Assembly (NCBI RefSeq): GCF_009914755.1
Contig: NC_060925.1
Direction: 5' to 3' (one strand)
DNA length: 64,000 bases
DNA from: the human T2T-CHM13v2.0 reference genome, Homo sapiens
Shown: piece after piece, positions 1-13,345 of the stretch
How positions within the stretch are numbered: the first letter of the stretch is position 1
Layout of the letters: each line of letters starts with the position of its first letter
The notes under the pieces: generated by a model
Told to the model about the DNA's origin: nothing
Seen by the model: the letters and a program-made list of their open reading frames with translations, nothing else
The model's database searches: none
Made by a program: the position numbers and the translations under genes

Positions 1-19
1 TGGGCCCATGGAAAGGACT

Positions 20-236
20 TGGAGTTCACAACCAGGCGGCCCTGGCCCTAACTCTAGCTCGGTCACTTGGTAGTTTTATAATCATGAGCAGCATTATTTA
101 AGTTCTCTTAGTTTTCTTGACTGTGACATGGGGCTACTAAAAGCTACCCTGCAGGGTCATTGTAAAAATTAGAGATAATGGATATTCATTGACTGTAGCT
201 TAACAGGCACTCAATAAATGGTAGCCATTACTGTCA
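20..236 (+). mobile_element. MIR SINE relic
   Basis: Degenerate MIR core and 3' part: tagttttcttgactgtgacatgggg...cagggtcattgtaaaaattagagataatg...ggcactcaataaatggtagccatt. Confidence 0.65.
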
Positions 237-2065
237 TTGTGTGTTCTTTCAGTCATCTCTTTTCTAGGCTGACATCAAGACACCTCTTAATTTTAGTTTC
301 ATTTCTCTTTGCTCATATCTTTTAAGCAAATTCCCTCTGAAATTATAGAATTTCAAAACACCGTCGGCCTCCTCTTAGATTCCAAGTTCTCTCTCTTTCT
401 CTAACATATATTTTCTTGTTGGTGGTAAAAAGATACAAAGGACGAATCAAGGCCTGTGTCCTTCGGGAGTCTTTAATCTCATTGGGGAGACAAGACTTAC
501 ACAAAAGATACAATTAGAGAATAATAAAAAAGAGCGAGAGCACTCAAATGTGCTGAGTAGAATGTTCCATCCCTGTCTGCTTCCGAATCCCATTTCTGCT
601 GTATTAAACAATATCGCAGTGCTGCTGACTCATGTTCAGCTTCTAGACCCTTGAGACTGTAATATTTCTCTGCTATATCTGCATATAACCAGTGAGAATA
701 TTCTATTGTGTATAATATTTCTATAGCATATTACATTTGGGCAGTTTTCCCTGATGTTCTTCATGGCACTTGTCCCATCAAAATTCACTCAGTTTGTGTC
801 TGATAATTTTTCTGTGCTGTCAACCTTGTAATATAATGCCTCAGCATCCTAACAAAGATAGGCCGGAGTAAGGCTCTTCAAATAGCTGTCCTTGTCTGCA
901 GTGTCTGACGCTTCCACATTTTCTCTCTGTACTTGCATTCAAACTCCTAGAGTAATGGAAAGTCGAGGAAGGGATAAATAGATGAACTTAAGCATGTCAC
1001 TTCCACCTCAGGGCCTCGGTTTCCTCCTAAGGGGAAAAGGGACTATGTGAGCACTTCCAATACAGATATGCTGTGATTCTACATATGGCCACTACTTTTG
1101 ACATTAGTGATATTACCAACAACCAGTTCTGCCAATGAGGAGTGAGCTGCTCTTCTGAGATGGGGCTCAGCACATCTCTCTCTCTTCTTAAAGGCAGGTC
1201 TGTCAGTGGGATTGCAGCTTTTTTTTCTGAAAATGGTGGCAGGACAACTCTGAGTCTCTCACCTCATGATGGGTCTGTAACATAGACCCACTAGACTATA
1301 GTGGGATCAGCTATAAGGCAACACAGAGAAAATGCTTAGCAGGAATAAATGTGGGGTTCCTGAGTTTGCTAGAGATGGAAAGAGATAGTTTGCCATTTGC
1401 CAGCAATATCAACTGAGAGCTCCCTGAGGCTGTGTCCTGCGGAGGATGTTTCAAAATCAGCATGGGCTGTAGTGTCTACCTTCAAGCTGGCTACATCTAG
1501 AGTAACTGACAGGAAAAGGAAAAAGGGTAAGCAAACACACAGAAAAGTGGCATAGGAACAATTCACATCTATGTTCACCTGAGACGTGCACAGGAGCACC
1601 AAATAGGATATTAGAACTGGAGGAGACTTTATAAGATCATTTCAAAATTCACACTTCGCAGACAATGAAAATGAGGCGTAGAGGGCAAATGGCAGAGAGA
1701 AGGTCTGGGAGCTGGTTAATAGCAGACCTGGGTTCTCATCCTTCTGATCAGCTCAGGGTCATTCCCATCGCAATATTTTGCTTCTGCTGAGATTATTAGA
1801 TTTGGGTTTGTTAATTAAGGTTACATGGGATGGCTGTATCAGGAAATTATTCTCAAGTGCAAGATGTGTGGTTTGTCTGGGAGGCACATATTTTAGATTT
1901 GTCTAGGTAGTTTTGTGACAACAGGAGGGTCTACAGAAAGTCTTGGTTACTATCATTGTATCTTAAACTTAGTAGGCATTTAGTAATAGTTATTTTAAAA
2001 TTTTGGGATTTACTAAATACATAAAATAAAACTCTCATCATGTGTCTCAATTAATATTTGTTTCC

Positions 2066-2403
<338 letters not shown>

Positions 2404-3243
2404 TGAGTCATATTCATAAGTAGGTTTGCCTAATTATAGACAGTACCAGCTGGAGAGTGTTTTGATAGAGTCAGATAAAAAGCCTCACACATAAATATCC
2501 AGTGTAGGTGGACAGGCCAGATATTAAGGTAGGAATGGCTGCCTCTGTCAAACTTGGGTGTCTCAGCAAATTCCCAACCATCTAACGGAGTTTTAAAAAT
2601 GTGAACATACTCATATAAAAGGTATTTAGACCTTGGAATAAATGAGCTATTTTACCTGCCTGGTTGTTTTCTTCATTGGTCTATTAATAGTGCTAAAATA
2701 AAATATCCTAGCTCTTCATTAAGCATTCATGATCAGACATCCACTTCTGACAGAAGTCTGCAGCTCCTAAGAAACCCAGGATGCATCTCTCCTAAAAAAA
2801 TGACTTTTAATAAAGAAATGATCTGGGCTTTCCAAAGGTGTTTTAGTTATATATGTGATATTTCATTCTTCATTTAACCATTTATCAAATATATTTCAAG
2901 TACTTAATAATTATGTATTATCCTATAGTTTCACATGCTTTTGCATTGTCTCATTAGAACCTTACAACAGCCTTCTGAGCAGGGTAAATAAAATGTGTCC
3001 AGTTTTACAGAAGCAATAGAGAAGCAGTGAATTTGGGATTCCAAGGAGGTGAAACATGGCCCTATTTTAGCTTAGGGTCTTTTGTGGCCACATTCTGGGT
3101 TTAAAAGAATAAACTATTTAGGGACTTCAGTGCTAGGCTAACAGAGATTAAGTGACTTGCCCAAGGCCACACAACTATTAACTGGCAAATCCAGAATGCC
3201 ATCCAAGACTTTTGAATCCAGTCAATTATTCTTTCCTACACCC

Positions 3244-3517
3244 CAGTGGGTTTATTAAAGCATAGATTGCTGGCTGTATTCCAGCATGTTTGATGGGAAG
3301 GGGGGATTTGCATTTCAACAAGTTTCCAGGTAACACTGAAGCTGCTGGTCTCCAGACCACAAGCAGAGAACTACTTGTTGTTCAAAGTGTGGTCCCAGCA
3401 GGCATCACCCAAGAGCTCCTTAGAAAGGCAGATTCTCGGAACCACAGAATTAGATTCAGAATTTTAACAAGATCTCTGGATGATTTGTATGCAAATTAAA
3501 ATTTGAGAAGTGCTGCT
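3244..3517. mobile_element. Two adjacent MER5A-type hAT-Charlie MITE relics
   Basis: atttgcatttcaacaagtttccaggt...gctgctggtc, then tcaaagtgtggtccc...gcatcacc...ttagaaaggcagattctc...tttgagaagtgctg. Confidence 0.7.
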
Positions 3518-3575
3518 GTACACCACAGCTGTCAGTTTGCAGGGCACCGTACTGGGTGCTACAGAGACAGGAGAG

Positions 3576-3805
3576 AATAATCATAATAACCCTTTAATTG
3601 GGCACTTTCTATATGGCAGGCACCCCTCTAAGCACATTAGGTATATTATCTCTTTTAATCTTCACAATAACCCCCTGAGGGAGAGACTAATATTATTGCT
3701 GTTTTAAAGCTGAGGAAATGCCAGAGTATAGAGAGGTTGGTAATCCAGTACAAGACAGATCCGGGCTCTGAAGCTGGGCAGTTCACTCCCAAAGACCATG
3801 TTCTC
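3576..3805 (-). mobile_element. MIR SINE relic
   Basis: tattatctcttttaatcttcacaataaccccctgagg...gctgaggaaatg...agagaggtt. Confidence 0.7.
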
Positions 3806-4065
3806 GTTTACTAGGCTGGAGCTTTGTTAAGTTGTGGTCGCCGTTCATACAGTTAGGGAGGTAAGAAGGAAAGGCAGGCAAATAGGTATGAGGCAAGACA
3901 GAGCTCATAGCCTGAACATCGTGTCTAGGTCAAGGGAGTCTATTTGTGTTCCCCACTGGAGACCTGGGTTTGGCTGGGCCTCTGCAGCAGCTTCTGATGA
4001 GGAAGACTTTGGTGAGTCTTGCTTAGTATCTCCACTGGTAAAACTGAAGTAATCTTAACAACAAT

Positions 4066-4540
4066 TGATAAAGAGAAAAGACACTGGCGGCTAGACTAAA
4101 GGGAGGGTACTGAGAATTGAAAATAGAAACCACAGTTTTTCAAAGCCGATTGTGCAAAACAGATAAACTGTATCAAATCAAAACCATAGTGTTCATCTGC
4201 AGCTAGAGAAACTTTCAGTCTTTTAACACCAGTCTGTTCAGATCCGTGAGCTCCAAGATAAGACCACAGACAACTGATCTAACAGTGACTCTGTATGACC
4301 AAATCATTCTAAATACAAAGCCACAGACTGTTCCAAACTCCCGAGTTCATTCCTGCTAAGCCCACCCTAGGACTAACTCCAGCTCCCAAGCCGTATATGG
4401 ACCTTTTTCTGACTCCCCCACTTTGGAGAGGCCCCACAGCTCCCCATGCTATATGGTCTTCCTTGCTGCAGCAAGTAAGAACCTAACTTTATTCCTGTGG
4501 ATATGTTCCCCGTGGTCTTTGGCTGATGGGCACCGACCCA
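4066..4540 (+). mobile_element. Solo ERV LTR (old MER-type, family not certain) interrupting a MIR
   Basis: TG...CA ends; 5-bp TSD acaat/ataat; LTR-like U5 (ccttgctgcagcaagtaagaacctaacttt...gtggtctttggctga); MIR-like sequence resumes on both sides. Confidence 0.6.
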
Positions 4541-4689
4541 ATAATATTTTCCTGCCTGTCCCATAGAGTTGTTATGAATATCACATGAAATAAAGCATGG
4601 AGAATGCTACATAAATGTGAGCTTCTAAATTTGTTATTGTAATTGTTTATGTGCTGTTTCATCTTCCCTCTGCAAAAATAGTGACGTCC

Positions 4690-4810
4690 TAAGTTAGAAG
4701 AGACCAGATCATATTTATCTTTGTGTCCTCAATGTCTAGAAAAGTCCATAATGCATAAGGTCCTCAGTAACTGTTGGTTGAATGGAAAAAACAAATAAAT
4801 GAACAAATGA
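4690..4810 (+). mobile_element. L2 3' end relic
   Basis: atctttgtgtcctcaatgtctag...ctcagtaactgttggttgaatg...aataaatgaa. Confidence 0.6.
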
Positions 4811-5928
4811 AAAGAAAATCATGCTCTAGTTCTCCTTTTCTCCAGTCCAGCCCCGTGAGTGATCCAGACTTCCTCAAATGGGGTAAAGGAATTCCTAAGT
4901 GTTTAAATGTGAGCTTTACCTCCTGGGCAGACTGTCACTAGCACTTTGTAACAGTTACAGATAACCTTGTTTGTCTCTTAAAAGTTTTCCTACCTGCAAG
5001 GTGGCTGGAATTGCTAGAGGGAATACTATTCCCTTTGCCCACAAAATCGGTCCTGGAGCAATAACCGTGCAGTTGAACAGCAGCACATTTTACAGCCCAT
5101 GGAGCTGGTGTGTATCAGCACATTAGCCAGCACCTCTTGTAATCACGCCCACGTTTAGAGGAATGATATACTTAGGTGCTTTTGTAATAGACTTGCACCA
5201 AGCAGAAATCATGGCCCGTGGAACACAGTGGCTCCACTGAACATTCTTAAATACTTTTAGCACAGCAAGTTCCTGTTATGGCTGGAGTCTCTGGGGATGC
5301 CTTCGATCAGTTAGAAGCTGCCAGAAAATTCCTCATACTCCAAAAGCACAGACGCTGTCCAGTGCTGTGTCTTCCTTTCTCCCCTCCAGTTCTGGCAGTA
5401 GATGGTCCATTTTAACTTCCCCTCTCCCTTGAACCCACTTTCTAGTTGTCATGATTTCTGACAGATGCACCTTGGGGAGTAGGCAGGCATTTACCCTGGT
5501 GTAGGAGGGATGTAAGTAGACATCATTAATGGAACAAGCAAAAGCAGTTATCTCAGGAAGCACAGGCCCTACAAGTTGGAATGTAGGCCAATGCTTTCTG
5601 AAAGCATATTCTCTGCTAAGGCTTACCCTGCTGGGTATTTTACAAGGGAAACAACCCCAACAGTGTGTTCCCTTTCCAATGCCCTCTCCCTAGGACAGGA
5701 GTAAAGACAAAGAAAATGCTGTATGGGCTTCCCCTCTCACTTCTAGCCATCAGAGGTGCATTTGCCCCTGAAACAAAAATGGAATGTGTCTTCAATGGGT
5801 TCCAATGCCAGTATTGAACTCCCCTAAGCAAGCCAAGAGACAGGGATTGTAGAGGCCTCCCGCCAGGAATTTAATGGCTTCTATGCAATTCCCAGTTTCT
5901 TCTCCCTGCCCAGAACCTGCTATCAGAC

Positions 5929-5975
5929 TGGATAGGATAATGTTGACTTAGGTGGATAGATAATGTTGACTTAGG
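5929..5975. repeat. Tandem duplication, 24/23-bp unit
   Basis: tggataggataatgttgacttagg followed directly by tggatagataatgttgacttagg (1-bp indel). Confidence 0.95.
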
Positions 5976-6961
5976 CAAGAGTTTTTGAAAAGTAGTCCCC
6001 TTCACGTTGAACATTGGTGTCTAATTAGAACCTTGAGTTTGGCTAGTTACATACCCGTACATTTCCCATTTCCTTCTCTGTTCATTTCCCCTGATATTAT
6101 TCGTGCACACATCTATTTTTTCCATTAGAATATATGCATCTATTGAGTAGCATTCTCTTCTCTTCCCCTTGTCTACCCTAGAGCTTAGTACAGTGCTTGA
6201 TTTGTAACAAGTGCAAAATAGATACACACATTCAAAGGAAACATATATGTGGCCAAAGATCATGTGATTGTGGCAATTCCAATGGATTTAAGATTCAGTC
6301 TGAGCCTTACATTGGCATTTCAAGGGTTTCCTCTCACACCCTGGCAATAATAACACACTGTTTTTCTCAGTGGAGACGGGATCTTGTGTCACTGGGAGAA
6401 AGAACGTGAGGGAAGCAGTCTGATCAATTCTTTCTGAATGAAAGACCTGTAAACACTTTCAACAATGGAACTCTTTGCTGTCACTCCCTAAAGCGGGCAG
6501 CCTCTGAGGCTCTTTGGAAACTTGTGTTAGCCTGGACCCATGATCCTGATCCCTTGCTTGCAGTCTCTTCTCAGACTCAATTAGATTCCTTGGGCTCCCC
6601 TCCAGGAAGCTGCTAGGGCCTCTACACCTCCCAGGTGGTTAGTTTCCTGGTGGGTGGCATTTTGTTAGAATTTATACATTATCTGTCCTTCAAAGACTTG
6701 TGGCTTTACTTGGCTTTTGCTGTCTATCATTTCCCACGTTTCCTGGGGTGGATTAGGGAGTTGGTGGAAACTCCCTGCCTGATTTCCTGGCTCTATTTGA
6801 GAATCCAAATATCCCAGGCAATTAGAGCAGGGGTGTAGGAAGGGGGTGCCTTAAGCAAAAACTGGCCAGACAGGAATTAATACCTTGATGCCCTTTTGAA
6901 GCAAGCAAGTTCACATATCTGCTCACCATGTATTTGGTAGAGGTAGGAAAGGATTTGCATG

Positions 6962-7510
<549 letters not shown>

Positions 7511-8277
7511 TCTTGTCAAAATAGAACTAGTACAGAATTTCTTTGTGTTCAAAGTAGTTTTTTAAATTTTTCATGAATATAACATAGACTTTAAACTAAT
7601 TTTGTGTTATAGTTTTTGTGTTATTTATGACTGGATTCATTAATACATACTACTCATTAAGGACAGAGTTAATTTACCTGACAGAAAGATTTTGCTTGAA
7701 AAACTTATCCTATTAATGTTTAATATGTGTTTCTCAGTCCTTGCTTTCATGAAGGGAAAACATTTCTTGCTTTCTTATTTATCTCTTCAGTGTTCTTTTG
7801 TCATGTTCTCAATCAGACAAGTTTTGGGTGGCATATTAAAGGGTTTGGGGCTGACTTAATGGAGTCAATCAGTCTTTCCTGGTAAGCAGCACTTCAGCGC
7901 GTGTCAATCATTAGTTCTCAGAGTTCCAGCAGAGTGGGGTCTGCTTCAGATGCCATCACTGACTGTCTTTGGGATGGGTGGCTTGGCCTGGTACCAATTT
8001 TCATGTTGGTATAAGAAACTTCTCAGTGGACAGAGGTTGATGCTAAGAATGCTATTCTTTCCATTAGAAAGCATCATTTCCTTTGGTGAGAGGGGTCACG
8101 GCCTGGGTTCTTCTCTTCAGGAAGGGGTACATGAGGTCCAGTCTTCAGCTTTATTCTTCTGATGCTTTAAAGTTTGTTGCGCATGATGCTCCAACCAGCT
8201 GCTCCTTGCCTTGACTGGGCTCCTCCCTGAGCCTATGTTGCTGAAAAATTCGGAGAAATTTGAAAGGATGAAAGTTG

Positions 8278-8424
8278 ATGCCTGTAATCGCAGAGACTGG
8301 GGGTGCTCAGGCAGGAGGATCACTTGAGCCCAAGAGTTTGAGGCTACAGTAAGCTATGATTGTACTGCTGCACTCCAGTGTAGGTGACAGAGCAAGATCC
8401 CATCTCTGAAAAAAAAAAAAAAAA
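8278..8424 (+). mobile_element. Alu right monomer (FRAM or 5'-truncated AluJ)
   Basis: tgcctgtaatc...ggaggatcacttgagcccaagagtttgaggctacagtaagctatgat...poly-A. Confidence 0.85.
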
Positions 8425-8545
8425 GAAGGAAGAAGGAAGGGAAGGGAGGAGAGGCAAGTGAAGGGAAAAGAAAAGAAGAAAGGAAAGAAGGAAAGAGGGA
8501 AAAAAGAAAGAAAGAAAGAAGGAAGAAAGAAAGAAAAGAAGATGA
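8425..8545. repeat. GA-rich low-complexity tract derived from the Alu tail
   Basis: Near-pure purine run of gaaa/ggaa units. Confidence 0.9.
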
Positions 8546-9478
8546 AAATGTGCAGAAATGTCCCCACATTCATCATTAAGATTATTAAAAGTCCCTCCTC
8601 CCAAACTATGCTCTTGGACCTAGAACCTATCTTTTCTCTTCTGCCAGTTCTCATCTTTCCAAGAATAGCATAATAGAAAGATGGGATAGATGTGGATTCA
8701 ACTCTCTTTTTGCTGCTAGTCAGCTGTCTGACCTTGGAGAAGCTATTTAGCCTCTCCAATCCTCTATTTCCTCAACTATAAAATAGGAGTAATAATTCCA
8801 GGGTTGTTGTCAGGATCAAATTAGTTATTTTTTGTGGAATATATAGAACAGAATCTGAACTCATTAACAGCAGCCATTAGAAGTGGCTGCAAATAATCTC
8901 TTTTGTAAAGATTTATCAATCCCAACTACCTGCAGTAAGAAGTTATTCTGGAATATTGACTTTCTCCCATCTGAAATATGAGCTTTTCAAGGCCAACAAC
9001 AGTGTCTCTACTATCTCTGTAGTCCCAACACCAGCGCAACACCTACTGAATCCCTTCCCTCTAGAGTGAATCTTAGGGATCACGAGTTTCATTAATTTCA
9101 TCAGCTCACTGGGATGTCAGCCTATGGATAATCAGACTGAGCAAAGGAGTCACCTGTTGATAGTTAAGTAAGGTGTGAAGAAGATGCAAGAGAAACTAAA
9201 GTAAAACCCAGGTGCAGTGTGGGCTACTTAAAGGCCCGTGGTCACAGAGAGATTGCAGTATGGATAGATGGCGGCTGGAAGGGGCACCAAAGGTGAGTTG
9301 CCCAAGGATGTCCCATTTGGCCCAAGCCTGGCTGTGCCTGCATCCCCTGCCCACCTTTCCATTTCCCCTAGCCTCCCCAGTCATAGGGTGCTGATGTTGT
9401 TTGTGAGTTCCATTTGATGTGTTCTATTTACAAGTCTCTGCACACTTCATTTCCCCTGCCTGAAAATAAGGGGCTTTT

Positions 9479-9599
9479 GGAAAATGGCGTGAACCCGGGA
9501 GGGGGAGCTTGCAGTGAGCCGAGATCGCGCCACTGCACTCCAGCCTGGGTGACAGAGCGAGACTCTGTCTCAAAAAAAAAAAAAAGAAAGAAAGAAAAA
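9479..9599 (+). mobile_element. 5'-truncated AluY (3' part of right arm only)
   Basis: AluY diagnostics aatggcgtgaacccgggag and gagcttgcagtgagccgagatcgcgccac, CpGs retained; perfect 17-bp TSD gaaaataaggggctttt at 9462-9478 and 9600-9616. Confidence 0.95.
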
Positions 9600-12061
9600 G
9601 AAAATAAGGGGCTTTTTAATAAGAAAGATTATATCTGTAGGTGGTTTAGCATAAAATATGAGTTGTATTAGTCCTCTATTTTGAGCCAGGCATTATGCTA
9701 AATCTTTCACATAAATTATCTCTAATAATTGCTAAACCTCCCCAAACAGCATTATTATTATCATTTACTACCATGGAAACCCTTGACCAAATGAAACAGC
9801 TGGTAAGTGATGGAGTTAGGATTCTAAGCTGGTTCCAAATTCTAAGGACCTTGGTGTGTAGTTAGAAACCTTTGTTCTGGCCTGAGTTGTATAATGTTGA
9901 CACATCATTGGCCTCTCAAGATTTTCTCTACAAATTGAGAATAATCATACCTGTTCCACTTTCCACACAGAATGTTTATGAGGTTGAAGTGAGATAATGA
10001 GTGTTATGGCATTTTTACTGAGCATTTGCTATGTGCCAACCAATGCTGCCAATAAATTGAATGTTATTTCTAGTAATTCTTATAAACCTAATTGTGCATA
10101 TCCCCATGGCCTGTGCCCTCTGCCCTAAGGGTTGGATTTCTTATGGAAGTGTTTTGCTCACACCATACTTCTTGGGAAATTCCACCCCAACTCAGTGTAT
10201 AATTATCAGGCAAAGCTATCTCTTCCCTCCTCATCCATTTTCTCATCTAGTAAATTGGGATGAGCGTAACAACTTGTCTGTGAAAGCTCTGGGAGAAAAT
10301 TGCTATCTGGATGCAAAGTATTATTCAGGAAAAAAAACCCATCCAAAGATGATGTGTGTGAAGTGTCAAATTTTAGCTGTTTTTAACAGATACACTGATA
10401 GAAGGGGGAGACAATCCATCAAGACATTTTGAACAGCCTGAGTTGTAGAAACAGGAAAAGGTTTAGCTGCCTGCTTGAAAGCATGCCTGCTACAACTGCA
10501 GACATTGCAGCAGTAAGTCCAAGTGAAATCGGGTTCCCTGGCCCTTGCAAAGCTTTGCTGGGGTTCAGTGCTGGCACTAGCCAAAGCTGGGAAGAAACAT
10601 ATCTGGTGGGATGCCCTGAGGGTGCTGTGTGACATTCTGTCCAGATGGCAGACAGGCATTTATAGCAGACCTTGTACCACAGATTGAGTAATGCACCAAG
10701 AATGCAGTCTTGGTCCCATCTGCCAGGTGATGCTATGAGAAACTAAAGGAACACAGAATTTATTCCCCCTGATCCATTAAAGTGATTTTCCCAAACACAT
10801 AAGCATGATTATATTTGCATGATCTGGGAGCACCGAGCCCTCTGGACTTGACAGCACATTATTACTGATGATCCTGGCTGCATGACACACTGCAGACTTG
10901 ATGTTTGCCCTTGCACACTCAGACCTCAGAGAAAGGAAGGGGACCACAAAAGATAAGAAACATTATTCTCTTTTTGTGATCCTCCCACTCAGAAGCAGGA
11001 GGGCATCAGAAATCCTGGGAAAACTTGGTGGGAAGCAGGGAAGTGAATCAGGAAGTGAAATGAAGACAAAGATGGTGTGGTTGTAGAAGGCAAAAACTAT
11101 AATTTAAAGAGCAAAGGGTTAAAAATTGGTACTTGAGCTCTGGGTTCTGACATTATTAGCCATGTGATCTTGAAAAAGTCAGTTAATCTTTGGGAGTGTC
11201 AGCTTTCACATCTGACAGTCCTGCCTCAGAGGGTGAGTGTACCTTGGAGCACTTTGTGAACTACGAATGCTATTCCCACATAAGGTACTAGACTGTGGTG
11301 TGGATGGTGTTAAAACTGCCCAAAGTAGCAGACACCTGCCATCTTTCTGGTTGCATACTCAACACCTAGGTCACTGCCTAGCACAGGGTGGGCACTTAAT
11401 TATGTTTGAGGGACTAATGGTGCAAATCATTGAACCGCAGGAGATTAGAGTGGTAACGGGCTTGGCTGACCTGGAAGATAGAATTACCAATGACTCCAAT
11501 CTGCTTCACATCTGGACAGATGGGAGGTTGAGGTCACTCTGATACATGCAGCCAAAGGAAGTCCAAATATGCACTGTTTTATAAACTTTAGTACTGCATG
11601 CATCTTTTGTAAAGATAAAAATTTATGTGGATCCACAGGACTCACTGAAATTGTTTGGTGTGTGTGTTTTAACTTAATGAAACCATCTATAAAGTCGTTA
11701 TGCTTATGAATTCCCATACAATTATAAAACTAGAACAAATTTATACATTAAATCTAAATGAAGCTAAAATACAATGAAATTCAAATGTGCGTTAATGTAA
11801 TGTGATGGATGATGCTGGTTTGTGAAATTAAATTGAGCCTCTAAATGTGAATAAGGTACTGAGTACTAAGGGGAAGATTATTCTGAGTGGCCATGCGATG
11901 ACTCATGTCTATCACCACTTTTTAAAATTCACATCAGTGTGAAATATTTACCCTATGACATCATTGCTTTTCACTCAATAAAAATACACCATTTATATAG
12001 TACATCCTCCTGAGTTATTTTCTTCTTAGTCAGGGACAAATAAAGCAGTATTATTGACACT

Positions 12062-13345
12062 AAAATGAATTCATTAAAAAAATTATTTACTGGGCATCTA
12101 CTATATTCCAGATACTGTTCTAGGTGCCTGGGCTGCATTATTGAACAAAACAGACAAAAATACCCCTGCCTTTGTGGAGCTTACATTGTAATGTGGGAGA
12201 CAGTCAATCAACAATAAAATTAATATAGTGTGTTATAAGTTACTAAGTGTTATGAAGAAAAAATAGACAGGATAGGGAGATTTGGGAGTCAGGGGCTAGG
12301 GTATGGGTGGGTGCTGCAATTTTAAACTGTGGTGCAATTAGGCCTCATTGAGAAAGTTACATTTGATCAAAGACCTGAAAGCGGTAAGGAATAAGCTGCA
12401 GAGAGAGGGAAGAGCCAGTGCCAAGGCTGTGAGTGCATGGGAGAGGCCAGTGGGCTGGATGGCAGTAGGTGATGGAGAGAGTAATCAAGAGAGGTCACAG
12501 GGAGCCTGATCTCGTAAGCCCACTTGGGCTAATGTAAAATCTCTGGCTTTTACTCTGCGATAAAGGAGACCTCACTGGAGGACTTGAGTCAAGGCATAGC
12601 ATGATGTGACTTACATTGTGGTAGTATCATTCTGGTTTTTGCATTGAGCTCAAGCTGTGGAATGGGGAGGCTGGATTAAAGATCATGGGGGAGATGATGA
12701 TGCAGGGGAAAGAGGATAGCAGTTCCAAGCAAAATGATAGCAACAGAATTAGAGCTAATGGTCAGTTTCTCATATGTTATGAAGGTAGATCCAACAGGAT
12801 TTCCCTTTGTCTTGAATGTGGAGTGTGAGAGGAGGAAAGGAGCTAAGCATGACTCTAAGGGTCTTGGCTTGAGCAACTAGATGAAAGGAGCTGCCATGAA
12901 TTGAAATAGGGAAGACAAGTGGGCAGGGAAGATTGTAGAGGTCAGGTGTTCAGTTTTGGACATGTTAAATTTGGGAAGCTTATTAGTAGGGTGATCATAT
13001 AATTTATTGTACAAACTAGGACACTTGTTACTGTATAGCAGAAAAGAGAAAACACTAATAATCATGCTGGAACAACAGGAGTCATCTAGGACCATCCCAG
13101 TCCAACCAAGACATAGGTGCAGGTGAGGAGCAGGCAGTTAGGCTGACATTCAGGTGAGCAGTGTGGGCCATGGCTAAGTGTTTGGGAGATCTCAGATTAT
13201 ACAAGCTTTAAAGCCATGAGATTGGATGAGATCACTAATAAATGAGTATAAATGGAGAGGAGAAGACCAAGGAGCAGAGTCAGAGCTATCAGCAGAGTAA
13301 GGGTGGGCTCACTTTCCTGTTGAGAGGTCAGGGAAAAGAAGAGGA
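12062..13345 (-). mobile_element. L2 (L2a-like) about 1.2 kb, interrupted by MER81
   Basis: attatttactgggcatctactatattccagatactgttctaggtg...aacaaaacagacaaaaatacccctgcc...ggcttgagcaactagatg...cagttttggacatgttaaattt...tttaaagccatgagattggatgagatcac. Confidence 0.85.
12987..13120 (+). mobile_element. MER81-like hAT-Blackjack MITE
   Basis: tagggtgatcatataatttattgtacaaactaggacactt...ctaataatcatgctggaacaacagg matches the remembered MER81 consensus. Confidence 0.7.

Noticed and set aside
1270-1305. Two overlapping 7-bp hairpins (tgggtct/agaccca and cccacta/tagtggg)
   Set aside because: Stems this short are expected by chance in 64 kb, and there is no other support.
8307-8759. Phe/Ser-rich or Lys/Glu-rich ORFs (also 15658-16008 and 20894-21248)
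   Set aside because: Translation artefacts of low-complexity purine/pyrimidine tracts and Alu sequence.
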